Source: the human T2T-CHM13v2.0 reference genome, Homo sapiens | Direction: 5' to 3' (one strand) | NCBI RefSeq assembly: GCF_009914755.1 | Contig: NC_060926.1 | DNA length: 64,000 nucleotides | Shown here: piece by piece, positions 42,966-56,849 of the stretch | Position numbering within the stretch: the stretch's first letter is position 1 | Layout of the letters: each line of letters begins with the position of its first letter | Translations under genes and position numbers: made by a program | Notes under the pieces: model-generated | What the model saw: the letters and a program-made list of their open reading frames with translations, nothing else | Databases searched by the model: none | Told to the model about the DNA's origin: nothing

Positions 42966-43269
42966 TTTTTTTTTTTTTTTTTTGAGACAGAGTCTCACTC
43001 TGTCGTCCAGGCTAGAGTGCAGTGGCATGGTCTCGGTTCACTGCAACGCAACCTCCGCCTCCTGGATTCAAGTGATTCTCCTGCCTCAGCCACCTGAGTA
43101 GCTGGGCTTACAGGTGTGCACCACCATGCCTGGCTAATTTTTGTATTTTTAGTAGAGACGGGATTTCACCATGTTGGCCAGGCTGGTCTCGAACTCCTGA
43201 CCTCAAGTGATCCGCCTCCTTGGCCTCCCAAAGTACTGGGATTACAGGCGTAAGCCACTGCACCCGCCC
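42966..43269 (-). mobile_element. AluS (Sz/Sx-like)
   Basis: Full dimer with poly-T; approximate TSD catggt(g)aatttt. Confidence 0.95.
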
Positions 43270-43379
43270 AGCATGGTGAATTTTTTTTATAAAGCTAAAT
43301 GTGTTTAAAGATCTGTACTTCCAGTTTTTTCCTTGGTATGAATCCACCTTTTTGTTTATGAAATAATGTTGACAAAACG

Positions 43380-43744
43380 TGCTATGTCTGAACGCTTGCG
43401 TCTCCCCAAAATTGATATGTTGAAATATAATCCCCAATGAGATAGGATTAAGAGGTGGGGCCCTTAGGAGGTGATTAGGTCACCTATTGAGGGCAAAGCC
43501 CTCAAGAATGAGATTAGTTCTCCTATAAAGAGGCTCAGGGGAGCTTGTTTGTCCTTCAGCTGTGTGAGGACACAGCTAGAAGGTATCAACTATGAGGAAT
43601 GGGCCCTTATCAGACCCCAAATCTACCAGCACCTTGATCTTGGACTTCTCAGACTCTGAGACTTTGAGAAAAACATTTGTGTTGTTTATAAGTTACCCAG
43701 TTTACCTACTATTCTGGTTGGAGCAGCCCAAGCCGACCAAGACA
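43380..43744 (+). mobile_element. MLT1A-like solo LTR (MaLR)
   Basis: tgctatgtctgaa...gaggtggggcccttaggaggtgattaggtc...gcaccttgatcttggacttc...gaccaagaca. Confidence 0.8.
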
Positions 43745-43859
43745 GCAGGTGCTAGTTCCTTCCCCCTTACTTGGCAAAGTAAAATGTTGACAGCCCTAAG
43801 TCAAGCTCCTATTTAGAAATTTAACTCGTCTGTGAAATACCAAAGTCTGGAAAACACAG

Positions 43860-44045
43860 AAATTCTTCTTAAACCTAGATGAGCTCCAGAATCATCTAAA
43901 AAGCATTAGGAAATGGAGTTCTCAGGAGCCCGCACTAAACTAATTGAAACCAAATCTCCGGAGGTGAAGGTTAGGCCACAATGCCGCAATATTATTTTAA
44001 AGCTCCTGAAGTCATTCTGGTTTATGGCTAAGTTGAAGAATTATT
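43860..44045. mobile_element. Degenerate MER5-like MITE
   Basis: ttcttaaacc...cagaatcatct...attttaaagctcc...gctaagttgaagaatt. Confidence 0.45.
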
Positions 44046-47000
44046 TATGGCTTTTCAGAACTACCCTACATGTCAAGCAAGATGTATCAGTTTGGTCAGT
44101 GGCTACCCCTCTGTCATCACCAAACCTATCAGGTGAGCACGACCAAATTTCAAGCATGTCCGGGACTACTAACAAGATTGCCAGGTGGAATTGAGACTGC
44201 TTAAAGATTTAATCAATTGTCTGCAGTGCAGCTTCTATTTCCAAATCAAAGCTGGAATTTGTTTGTATGGTTCCTCCACAGCTGTCTGCACCTGTTCCTT
44301 AGGGAAAGGAAGAATCAGTTTCCATGATTTCTGTCTTTTCCTCCACCTCCTCAGAGTTCTTGAACTTGGCCAGGCCATGCTTCCAAACTACATTTGGCCC
44401 AAATCTTACAGTATCTAGTCTCCCTGCTTTTGCTCTTTTCTGAAATGATAACCCAGATTGAGGTGGGTTTGGTTTCATTCCCACATTTATTGATTTTCTT
44501 TCCATAAATAAATAGCTATGGGGTCTATTATGTGTCCAAAGAGTCAATAAAGCACATAGGGAAGCATGTCAAAAATGACGAAGAAAGTTGAATCCAGCAA
44601 GAATCTTTCCAGTGCCACCCATGGAGCGAAATCATCCACATTTGCCGTTCACCTTCACTGCCTCCCAAATACCAAACATCAGTCGCTGGCATGTGATTAG
44701 TGAGGGAGCTCTGAGTTGATTAAGTGCGGTGACATTTTGAAAAAAGCAGGACATTCCTCATTATCCGCAAATCCGTGGGTATGAGAGAGCTCTCTCGTTC
44801 ACATATTAGCATTTCCACATCCGTCTCCTCTTCTCTGCAACCTCTAGCAAGGCAGCCTGCCTTATTAGTAACATGTTTGGGATTAACAGCTTTGCTATTG
44901 TGTTAGCATCTCTGTCATTACCCAGGGAGGGAAATTGGCAAGTGCTAAGCCGGTTACTAACAGACCTAAACAGTGCCCAGGATGGAATTCACACATGGAA
45001 ACCAACCTCAAAGCCAAAATGTCCCCAACTACAAGAGAGGTGTATGCATCTTTAACAAAAATGGGCCTCATAATTAGCATAGGACAATTTTTAAGCATGC
45101 TAAAACTCTCATGTTGCATTAGAAAGAAATGCCATTTAGGCATTTACAAAGTAATGGAATCTCATTTCCATCTGCTCCAGCCTCCTTTCAACACCTCTCC
45201 CCATAGCAGTGCCAAAAGGAGAACAATTCTAGGCTAGCAGCATGTACTATTTGAGAGCCATCTTGGAGTCATGGATTGGGAGGGGCTAGACCCTGAAAAT
45301 GGCTGGAAATATTAAAGTGTCTGGTGGTGCAGAGTGGGCCCATAGGCTCAAGGGTTTGTGACCTGGCTTTCTACAGCCATGAACTCTGGCCAAAGTCCCT
45401 GGCCAGCACAGGGTCCAATGGAGGGAGCTCAAGAGTAGGAGGTGGGCCAGATGTGTGTGCACCTCCAGTCCTTCTGATGGGATGCAACCATTATGGGAAC
45501 AGTCCCATCCCTGGGTCACTTTCCCTTAAGCCACCTTAGACTGGAGTTGTAAGCAGGAGACACAGGTGCTCTAGAGAAACTCACCCATTATTGTGGGCAC
45601 ATGCACATAGTCCCCATCTGGCTTATCACATGGTGCTGCTCTGGAGTGGATGCAAAGAATAGAATGAACACCTCTCACTGATAACTCTCTTCCTCTCTTA
45701 ATGACGACCAGCTCCAAGTCACAGAGGCAGACACTGAAAGTCTGGCAAAAAAAAAAAAAAAAAGAAAAGAAGGTTTCCTAGACCACTCTGAGACTAAACT
45801 CAAGAATCAAGCAAGGGGTGTGCTCTATTTCTAGCTGAAGGTTCCAGCTTCAAACAAGTCTTCCTCCAGCCAGGGTTCTCAGGACCTTCCCAGCTGTTGC
45901 TGGAACGGGTGCTCATTCTGGGTCATGATTTCTCGTGGGGCTGTGGACCTTTTGGCCCCCAGTTTCTTCCACCACTTTCTCCATAGAGCAAAACATCCTT
46001 CTATTGTTAGAAATAGGGCTTACATCCAACACCCCAATTTTAAAACCAAGAGGAAACCCTGGATGACCTCAAACACCTGTGTCAGAGAGCCTGCCATGAG
46101 GCTGGGATTCTCAGGGGTCAGAATGATCAGGAAAGCAAGGAAAAGAAAGGCCGGGCGCATGACTTAAAAAGCAAACTATGTTTACTTCAGAATTTTGCCT
46201 GGGGCAGGTCCTATTTCCAGTTTCCAGATCTGGTAACTGAACTTCGTGAAGCAGAAATTTCAGCACTGGGTTTGGCAGGATTTTCTCTGATTTGTGGGCT
46301 TTCTTGGCTGAAAAGTCTTACAAAGCAGTAATAACCTAGCTTCACCATGCAAAATATTTAACAAATCACTTTGGTAAAAAGATTAAAAATGTATGACATG
46401 GGGGCCAAACCCCCAATTCTAGGACATCCCTTTGTACTTTGGAACATGAGGTGTGTGTCCAAGTGTGCGGGGTCTCAGATTCACTCTCAGTTTACAGCCA
46501 GGCCTGAAGGCAACTCACCTAGTGCTTCCCTAGCTCTCACTCTTTCCACACTCTCTGTCCCTTCCCTGAGTGCTTTCCCTTGGGAAAGGGTGAGAGGCGG
46601 TCCTTTCTGCGGTTGGGTGGATGTGGGTCAATTTCAACACAGCCCCTCTGGGTGTCACCCGACTGCTTCCGGAAGTACATGCATCCCCCACCAACCCCAC
46701 CACCAGCTTTAATTTGCCTGGTTGGTACATCCATTTCTGAGTCCCAGAAAGTCACGCTTTGTCCTATCTCCCTGCAGTGTAACTAGATGAGAAATCCCCA
46801 AATAGGTGGCTTCCTGCAGTTTGCAAACAGTGACCTGGCCTCTAGCCTGAGCACACTTGCTGTCCAGGCCCTTCTCTGGACCCTTCCTCCTGTGCTTGAG
46901 AAGACAAAGAACTGAAAATCCCTCTGCGGTCAGAAGTCCAGGACAAGTAACAATCCCGGCCTTCTCAGTTCTAAACTCACCTTTCTAAACTCTGAATATT

Positions 47001-47142
47001 CATCTCATTAAAATATTTTTTCCTGTCAGAATTCGGTTTCAGAGAAAGACAGTTAAGTAGATCAAAAACATTAATAAATCAGAGGAGGCTCGAGTTAAAA
47101 AATCGCTGAATTGAAGCTACATTGGGTCTCATCCACCATGCT

Positions 47143-47236
47143 GCCCACCTGCCTGCCTTTCTTCCCTCCCTCCCTCCCTCCCTCCTTTCCTCCCTCCCTT
47201 CCTTCCTTCCTTCTTTCCTTTTTCTTTCTTTCCTTC
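47143..47236. repeat. Polypyrimidine (CCTG/CCCT/CCTT/CTTT)n tract
   Basis: Direct reading; imperfect (GT)n follows at ~47292-47318. Confidence 0.9.
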
Positions 47237-47912
47237 ATGTGTGTCCGCCACCTACATTTTACCTAAGGTATGAAATGTGTCTTACAAACAAGTGTGTACG
47301 TGTGTGTGTATGTGTGTGTTTCCGTATGCGTTCACCTGTCCCCTGGAATCTTCCCACAGGTGGAAGCTGGCACGATTTAAGGCTGACATTAGTGGGCTTT
47401 AACATACAGACCACTCAGACCACAGTGTCTGGGGGCATGGGAGGATGCAGATTGGAAGCTGCTTACGCTGCTCTCCAAACCCCACTGGGAAGAATGACTG
47501 TGGCTCCAGCCCATCCTCTCAGGGTTCCTTCATTCCCCTTCTTTAGTGCTGGATGGAAGAATTACAAGGGCAAAGGGTTCCAGGCAAAGAACTGAACCCT
47601 CCGAGAAGTTGCTCACTTCTCCAAAGTGGTGTATTTCTTCTTCCCAGAAGATCATTGTCTCATGTCACCATCATCTAGGAGTAGGCCTCTCTGTGCAACC
47701 TTTCATCTTCCACTGAGGAAAAGAAAATGTTTTGACTCTGGGAGAAAGAGGGTAGAGATGGTCGGGGCTCCCCTAGGGCCCCTCTGACATCCAGGTCCCA
47801 TCAGCTGGTTTGGGGAAGCAGTGCCTGCCAGAGGGCAACTCACGAGCAGGACGAGGTACCCACAGATCACAGCCGCTAAAACACTGGTTGAGTCTGGTCT
47901 GTGAATTGAACC

Positions 47913-48000
47913 TCTTATACTAAAAATATTATTTGTTGTCTATCTGAAATCTAAATTTAACTGAGCATCCTGTGTTTTTATTTATTAAATTTGACACTAA
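47913..48000. mobile_element. MER53 half element
   Basis: cttatactaaaaatattatttgttgtctatctgaaatctaaatttaactgagcatcctgt. Confidence 0.75.
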
Positions 48001-48239
48001 TTGGATGTCTGCAGGAAAAACAGAGAGGACATTTACACCTGTGGAGCAATACTATTCTGCGCTGTTAGGGGCCAGGAATGGCAGGAATACCGAAACCATG
48101 TCTAAAGAGCATTGAAGAACCTTCTTGGAGCTATCAACAATACTGCTATTGTGCCTTGCTAGGGAAGACAATCATAGCCAAGAAAAAAATTGAGAAGTCT
48201 TCTCTCTTCTTTTCTTCTCACATCTGGTGAATACATCTT

Positions 48240-48350
48240 TAAGTGTTCAAACAGGGACTTTTTTTTTTTTTTCAGTAATAAGTATACTGGGGCAAAAGGT
48301 GTAAACCAGGACAGTTCCAGGCAAACTAGGCTGGCTGTTTGTTCACTCTA
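48240..48350. mobile_element. MER94-like MITE
   Basis: caaacagggactttt...ggtgtaaaccaggacagttccaggcaaactagg...gttcactcta. Confidence 0.55.
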
Positions 48351-49974
48351 ATTAACCACCAAATTCAGTATATGATGATCCATTGTCTTTTTGAGCTATC
48401 AACTCCCTCAAGATGGGGATCTCTGAATAATTCTTTGTTAAACTAAATTGAAAATTACTTAACTCCCTCCCTTTTCCCACCATATGTCCTCCCGGGTTTT
48501 TGGATAGCCGGAGGTTTATCTGTCCCTATGCAACTGAACTGTAAGCCAAACTTCCTTCATGCCTGTAAGGAAAGCTGAGAAGAATAGGACCAGAAGGAAT
48601 CCACACTAGCTTACCGAGTTTGGAGGCTTCTGTATCTGGAAACCAATTTGTGACACACACAAATGCATCTGAGGAACTGAGCATTTTAAAGCAGGGCAGC
48701 ACTTCTCAAGGCTGAGTTGTGTTAACTAGCCAGTGGTTCTGAGGGCAGAGAAACACACACCCAAACAGCAGCAGGTGGTTGCACTGAGCCAAAAACTCAC
48801 CCCTTCTGGAGAGGGTGGGGGAAAGGAACCAGCTCAAGTCTGTCAATAAATGCTGTGTGACCACCTTCCCTAGCCCTGATCTGCAGTAATTTGATTTTTA
48901 CTCCCAAACCACTTGTTTTGTCTCCATAAATTTAATGTATTTAATGATCCAGTCCCTACAAAGTTCTCTCTGGTGGGGATTTTGAGGAGGAAGTGGCAAG
49001 GAGTCATCACTGGCCTCCAATTCTGTTTTTGTCAACCTCCATCATCCATTCTGCAGCGGAGAGCTCTCCTGCACCATGGGGCAGGCTAGTTTCTCATGCA
49101 GACAGCCCCAGGGCCCTGCTGATGTCCCAAAAGAGCATCATCAGCTTCCAGTTACACACATGTGGCAGTTACACACGTGGACTGTTTTTTTTTTTTTTTT
49201 TTTTAGCACTTTTCAGATAGACTGCATTTCCCTGTGGATCTGTAAATAAAACCTGTAGGGCCAAGCACCTTGTCATCAGGTACCCAATGGAGTGGGAAAT
49301 TCACCTTTCCTTTTACAGTTTGTTTGAGACGTAAGATCAGTGTAGGATCAACAATCAAAAGACTCAGTTGGACCAAGTTATTGAACCCATTCTAGCTTGG
49401 AGGAGTGAGTTGCTGTAAGAAGGATAAAGTTGCTAAGTTTCAACGTGAAAATCTGAGCAGGCAGAACAGAGACACCCCGAATGCTGATGAAGGCTGTAAC
49501 TTGAAAGATGGATTCACCCTCGCCGATTTTTTTCAGGTGTTTTAAACTCTAAAGATGTTACAGTCTATGGCGGAAAATTGTGTGTTTTGAAAAAGTCTGA
49601 ATTTGATAATAATTTTATCATTTTTTTCCTCTGGTATAGTTCAGCTTTTTAAAGTAGTGATATCAGAAGTCACTAAGTTATATTGCACATTAAAGGTGAT
49701 AGTAACAGCTGTTCATGGCTGAGAAGCAACCCTTTCTCAGGCTAGCCAGAATTCATTTTATTGAAAATGAGTCTATGCTTATCTCCTTGAAGGTTTTCAT
49801 GGTGATTTCAACTAATATGTGGAAGGGAAGGAGGGGAAGAGGAAAGACTCGGTGATGGCTACAGCAGGCAAACCATATGCCACCGCATGGGCCTGAGGAC
49901 AATCTCGGACGTCTTGCAAACAATCACCCACACAAGGTTTTGTTGTTGTTGTTGTTGTTGTTTGATCTTGTTTT

Positions 49975-50278
<304 letters not shown>

Positions 50279-53200
50279 TGTTCTTGTTTTTTTAATGAGT
50301 TAGTGGCTAACATGGAAGGAGGAATGCATTTTTGCATAAAAATCCACATTTCTGGTACTTCCCTTGAAAATACAAAAGATCTATTCACTGGCACTAGGTA
50401 GGGGCTGTGTCTTTTTAATTGCTTCCTCCTCTTGTTGCAAACTGACCTAAGCTATTTGCTGTCCACAAATGTTAAGTTTGGCTGAGTCCCTTCCACTCTC
50501 TATTACTTCTTAATGCTGACACCAAATACCAGTTGCCAGTGATCATACTTGAGGTAGTGGTTTTCTTAGGCTCAGAAGCTTCAACCATTTATGTTTCCTG
50601 CCTGGGCCCTCCATCTCCAGTGAAGAGTGATTGGATTTGTCCCCAAATATCTGCCTCAGGTATGCCTGAAATTTCCCCATTACTACTCATCGCTTTGGGC
50701 TATTTAACTCCTTATGTCATCCATCCTCTATGAAAATCAACGCAAATACTTCTGAAAGAGGAAATATAGTGTTACTTTTCTAACATTAAATTGGTATGGA
50801 TTTAATGAGATCACTCTTTGCCTACTTGTGTCCAAAAAGAAACATTTCTCTTGTAGAAAACTGGGTTGGATGGCAGGGCACCGCCCAGAGTTATTCCAGG
50901 CCTGTGGAATAACTCTTCACCTGTTTTTAGGGAAAGTGCCTCCAAGTAAATGCTACAGGAGGCAGACCTGGAGCATGGTGGGGAGGGGTGGAGTAGGTAC
51001 CACCTAGAGCATAGAAAGTGTCAAAGTGCTTGTGATTTAGGGGACCCAAAGAATAACAGTCTTCTTCCTTGCCAGAATTCAGAATGAGATAAGAGGTAGT
51101 AGGCACAGAATTTGGACAAGTAAAGATCTGACTAACAGCTTTTTACTTATTAGAACTGAATTAAAGAACATGGCTTAGATGTGGGGACCAGATGGGCTTG
51201 CTAACACTCTGCTGCTGTGAATCTGATGTCCCCCATGAAATCAGCGGCCTCACTCCCAGGGTGAGGCCTTTTCTCCATGGCCCACAAACAGACACCTATA
51301 TCTGTGGGCAGGTGTGTGAAGAGAAAAGGAAGAAGAGGGGCCTGAGCCAAGCATGACCATTTCTTCTTTCAAACTCCTGGTCAGTTAACTCACCACTTTT
51401 CAGGAGGCAAGTGCTGGGGTGATCAATGAATGAGGAGGGGGAAGAAAACCACAGTACCCCATGGATTTACTATTGTGGGAAATGAGTAGGTGCTTCTAAT
51501 GACAACCTATGGGTTGTGCAGTTCTGGAGCCAGAGAAATAGATTCTTTGCCATCTGAATGTTCCTCTTGGCAAATGGAAGCCCAGAGCACTGGTCCAGGT
51601 GAGGTTCTAGAATAGGGAGAGTAAGAAGTGCTGGACCATGGCTGTGGCATTTAGAGCCATGAGATTGAGAGAGTCCAGATGGAAAAGAAGACTTGGGAAA
51701 GAATATGAGCATAAAATGTCTCCATGGATACAGGCCACAGGAACAGCAGGGAAGATCCAGAGGGTTCTGGAGGGCGAGGAGGAGCAGGATGGAGCCTGTT
51801 ACCAGAAGTACTTGAAACCTCTTACTGAGACCCTTCAACCTCTCCTCTGAGGAGCTGTCAAGGGGAAGAGGACAGCATCTGTTTTTATAACTTCCAAGTG
51901 AACATAGTCCTCTATTTTACACCTAATAGGTGCTCATTAAATTATTTGGTAGTTGAATTGAACAGACTCTTCTAAAAATTAGTAAAGCAAAGAAAAGTAG
52001 GCAAAAAATGAATAATCCATAGGCTTAACCCTTCTAAGGAATGTATGTAGTTTAAAAGAGGATCTGGTTGTAGTAAATTCATGTGTAACTGATAGAATAT
52101 GCAGACATGTTTGGACTGAAAGGTCTTATGAGAAGTTTGAATTTCTTCCCAACATACACACATTCCCTAGAAGTCCAAGGTTAGCAATTTGGTGCCATAC
52201 TTAGTCAAATCCCTTCCATTGTTTGAATTTTATGGCTTCTTCTAGGGAAGATCAGCTTTCCTCTCATTTTTGGCATTGGTCTGCATATTAAGATCTATAG
52301 ATCTTATTAGGTCTTAGAAATACATATTCATGACAGCAATTCCTATCTGGAGGATTTATTAGGATATTTAATGTTTGCCATAGTAATAGAGATTAAAAGT
52401 AGGGCCACCACCTCAAAACTCAAATCTCCTTACAGAATTATAGAATTCACATACATCACAGAATCCACATAAATTGCAGAATAACTGCCATATATGACAA
52501 TTGTGAAGCCAATGGAATGTGATGCAGTGAAGTTAGATTTTATGTTTATTTTGCCTTTTTATCAAGTAAGTGGAGAGTTGCTGATGTCAGGAAAGTTTCT
52601 AATTGAGAATCCCTAATGCACAGTGTCCTGATGAGTGGCGACCTTCTCAGCGAGGACTGACAACCACACGGGTTCCTACTTCATGACCAGACCAGGGTCA
52701 CCATGGAGACATTTCTCATTGGATCAGCTTATTGTAAGTATTAGGTTTCAGCCTTTGAGCATATATTGCTGGTTTTCAGTTACTTATAGCTTTAGAACAT
52801 CTGCTTTTTCATAGCAAAGAAAAAAAAAAAAGCAAGAAGACGAAAGAAGAAGGAAAAAATCTCTTAAGGAAGCGTTTAAAAGTCGAACTGATAGATTTGG
52901 CAATTTTCATTTGTGGCAGCAGTAACAGGCTTTACAGGGGCAGTATGACTCCAATATTAAAGAATAAACGCTTTAATATTGTTAAATACATCATAGCAGG
53001 TTTTATAGCAAACTTCACAATAAAGTTAGATGTTTCAGTATCAAAAAGTCACACACATTGCTTTAATGGTATCTACATGTTACGGATCGTAACGGCCTGT
53101 TATGACATCATCTGTTAGGAATTTACTATGAATGCATGAGGAGGTGGTTCAAAAAAGCTCCTTCTAATAAGATGCCATGGAGTGTAACTACATCTAATGA

Positions 53201-53656
53201 CAATTGGTCAATTGTGAATAAAGTATTTTCAAAGAGGACTATTGCTTTAAGCTCTATTAAGACGTTAATGGGGCTTAGCAAGAAGTCTCCTTTCTTGCCT
53301 ACTATTCTCTCATCTGAAAAGCCACAGTCCTATGAGACTCTCCCCAGCTCCCAGAGACTACATTGTTTGGAAGGCAGTTGGAGATCATTTTGGCTGCAGA
53401 CAAGGTTTTCAATTTAGCAGCACAACAAACTTTGAAATTAATGCTGCACCTAGAGGTGATTCAGATGGGCTGTAAGTTTTTAAGCTCCTTCCTGTGAATT
53501 CTATCCTCTTTGTCTCTCTGCTTTTAGATGCCATAGGAAACATCTGATTGAAATGGAACTCACTGACCTAAAGCTCCTAAAAGAAAATTTTCTAGGTCGG
53601 TGACAGACAAGTTGGCTGCTTCAAAAAAGGTATTTACTGTAATTCTGGAGATCATA

Positions 53657-53870
53657 TTGGGTCGCAAACTTGCTGCCTGTGAGTGCAATCCAGCCCACAG
53701 GTTCATTCTGTGTGACAGGCACTGTGTTTAAAAGGTAAGAATTGGAGGGCCTTTAGGTGGGAAGTGCCCTCTCCAGTTTACAGCGAGCCTCATCATTTCC
53801 TATTGTCCTAGACTTAGCCGCATGACACATTACATGTCACCTGCCAGGCCTCTAAAAACGTGAAAATCAT
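53657..53870. mobile_element. MER102-like hAT-Charlie relic
   Basis: gggtcgcaaact...aatccagcccacag...cactgtgttt. Confidence 0.5.
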
Positions 53871-55800
53871 GACCTTCAGGCATTCTGTTCATGGTCCATC
53901 CATGTGCCCTGTGCCCTAGGTTTGACTTGAGGTTTCTCACCGATGCTTCCCACAGCTGGGCCTTGTTCCTCACAAAGAGTTTCTGGTGAAACCAGAGTCA
54001 TAAAGACTGGATTAAGAGGAAAGTCCAAGGAATCCCAGGATCTAAGAGCTTGCAGGAAAACTTAAGAATTTGGGATCCTGCAACCCCTGATGAGCAACCT
54101 GAGACACAGAAAAGGGAAATGCCTTGGAAAGGTCAGCCCCAGAAGGAAGAGAGCAGAGAGGGAAACCCAGGACTAGTGATTCCCCATCCTGTATGCTTCA
54201 CCCACCACCCCACGCAGCTGGCCTGAATGATTGGTGTAGCCCTTCCCCACATTCCTAGAGAGTGTGTCTTTTACAAAGCCACCGTCCACACACACAGAGT
54301 GGCACCAGCTATGCAACCAACCCCTCTTACACTAGACCGCTGTGTCTGGTGACTTGAAAGTCAAGGCCAATGTGGTCACACTAAGGCCACTAAGTCTTAA
54401 AGAAAAGTACTTCTCTATCATTGGCAGAGAACTTTAGGCTGGAGACAGATTAAAGTTTAAAACAAATCCAAGGAGTCAACTTTGTAGACAACACAGGTTA
54501 TTTAAGCCTCTGTTCCTTCTTTGTTAGAGTACACTGAAACTTTTCTTCAGAGCTGACCCTGGAAGTAGGCAGAAAGGTTGCTGTCTCTTTAAGTTGCCTT
54601 AAACTACCTCAGGAGAGCTTCCATCAGCCAAAAATCCCCTTGTAGAGCAGCCCTTCCATTCTCAACCAAGGCAAAAATACTTGAAATTCAGTTAATAGCA
54701 ATTCATTCATATGAGCTAAATGTTGCCCCCTTGAAGCATTGTGCTTTGTGAAAAAAAAATTCCTGGAAGGGGAGAGGTCTGGATTGGTTGGCTCAATTAG
54801 CTTTTCTTGTGAGTGGAAGGTATTGAGGGCAGGGAGAACCCTGAGAATTAGTGAGAGGCAGAAGAGCAGAACAAAGAGGTGTTGAGATAGGGACATTGGC
54901 AAACAAAGAAGCTAGAGGTAAAGGGGTTAACGAAAGAGATATCCAAAGGAAACCACTGGTGTCATAAAACAGTGGGGGCATCTACGGGCAGGAGAGCATG
55001 ATCGGGCCACTGAGGCTGCTCTACGAGGGGTTGGCTATAGCCTCCCACCCACTACCCTTGAAATTCTTAGTCCCCAACTCCCACCAAGATTTTCAGCAAA
55101 TACCTCCAAGGAGCTGAAAGAACACAAGAACCTGAAGTAGTAACTCAGTGGCTGGTCCATGAGCTTAATAAGTATCTGTTGAATGAATAAATCGAATATT
55201 TCCAGTGCGTCCCTCTGAAGCCATCTTGATTGTTAAAGCCTTCTTGCTTGGTCTCTAGAGCATTTGATCAAGGTTGTGGTGCCTATGAAATAGGTTCTAA
55301 TTCCATGAGGTGTGGAGTGGAATGGACCTGGAATCCGTACTTTGCATTTTGTGGGATTATCCTTGGTTGAAGTTGTTTCTCACGCCAGTGGAACAGAGGC
55401 TTCATTCATAATTCATGCATTTGACATCTCTGTCAAGTATTGCTTACCAGATGGGATTCTCAACAGTAACAGAAACAGAAAGCAGGTTGCTCCATAGAGT
55501 TGGAGTGAAATCACAGGTGGAGGTATGGTATGAACTGAAGTTTTCTAGTTAAGGCAGAGACCTTTGAGAGGTCACTGAGTTGCAACCTCTGTTGGTTCTA
55601 CAAGGTAATGAGAGGCGAAGATGAAGCAATAAGACAGAAATGCTACCTCTGGAAGCTGATGGCCACTGCTGTCTTCTGGGAGGGAAAACAAGGCCTAGAA
55701 TGACTAAGAGGCTGCTTATTGTTACAGGTTAACCCTGGAGTAGAATAGGCCCAAACCAATATTGCAAGGAAAATGGGAAGGAATAGACACAGGAAGTGTA

Positions 55801-55802
<2 letters not shown>

Positions 55803-55844
<42 letters not shown>
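55803..55844. repeat. (TG)n microsatellite, ~21 units
   Basis: Direct reading. Confidence 0.97.
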
Positions 55845-55846
<2 letters not shown>

Positions 55847-56849
55847 GGAGACGGAAGCAGGGCTAACCCATCAGCTAATCATTTGGCTGCAGTAGAAGGG
55901 AGATGAGAACTGCTTAAAAGATTTGAGGCTTACAAAACTGAGATAACTATTATATTAGCAGCAAAAACTAGGCAATTCTGGGAAGGAGAGAGTGAGCTGA
56001 AACTGTCTTTGGATAATTTAGAACAGAACGAGCATATCTTGTTTGATTTTTCATTTTACTTTGGTCTTTTGCCATGGTAGAATATTATATACATTCAATG
56101 GAATTTTGTATTAGGAAAGTGTTAAATGCATCAAAATTTCCATGTAGACCAACGTCTCATGCATTAGGGCATTTATGGGGTGAGGGTCAGAAATATGTAT
56201 CCAAAAAATGCCTATTTCTTAGTTCACAGTTTTATCTTCCTCATCATTTCTGCTATGAAGCCAACATTTTCTCAGATTTGGAATACTTTTCTCACTCATG
56301 TACTCATATACATACATACATATATATATAAATAAATCTCTTTCCAGACACATAATTCCAGGAACTTTATAATGCCTTTGTTATTAGTCTTTTGATAAAA
56401 TTTTCTAATTAAGTCAGTGTGACACTCGGCCAAAGAACAGAATTACTTCAGAATATCCTCATGTTTCTTTTTTGGTAGAGTTTACCCTGAAAGCAAGACA
56501 AAGAAATCAATTTCAGCTGCCATTAGAGAGATTTAGGTTGGACTGGGAGAAGAACTCCCAGACTGCAAGAACCTGGCAGAAGCGCTATGTGGGGAACTTA
56601 AAATCCTCATCTCTAGGGAATTCTAGAGAGAAGTGAAACCACCACTCACATACAGAATTGCCTTAGTGAAAATAATCGTGTCCAGGAAAATCCTCTTTGT
56701 TTCAAAAATTTTAACGACCTTCAATTCTATATTGCCACACTATCTCATGACTTGGCTCAGAAAGCATAAGCATTTTCATAGTGAAATGTGGAAGACATTG
56801 TTAGTACCCGTCCAATCTGCATTCCCCAATCCCTGAAAACTGATTTCTC

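Noticed and set aside
47122-47595. 157-aa ORF
   Set aside because: Runs through CT-rich and GT microsatellites (LPSF and VC repeats); low-complexity artefact.
48615-48635. 21-nt minus-strand micro-exon candidate (ttccag/ATACAGAAGCCTCCAAACTCG/gtaagc)
   Set aside because: Very short pyrimidine tract and no host gene evidence; such matches occur by chance.
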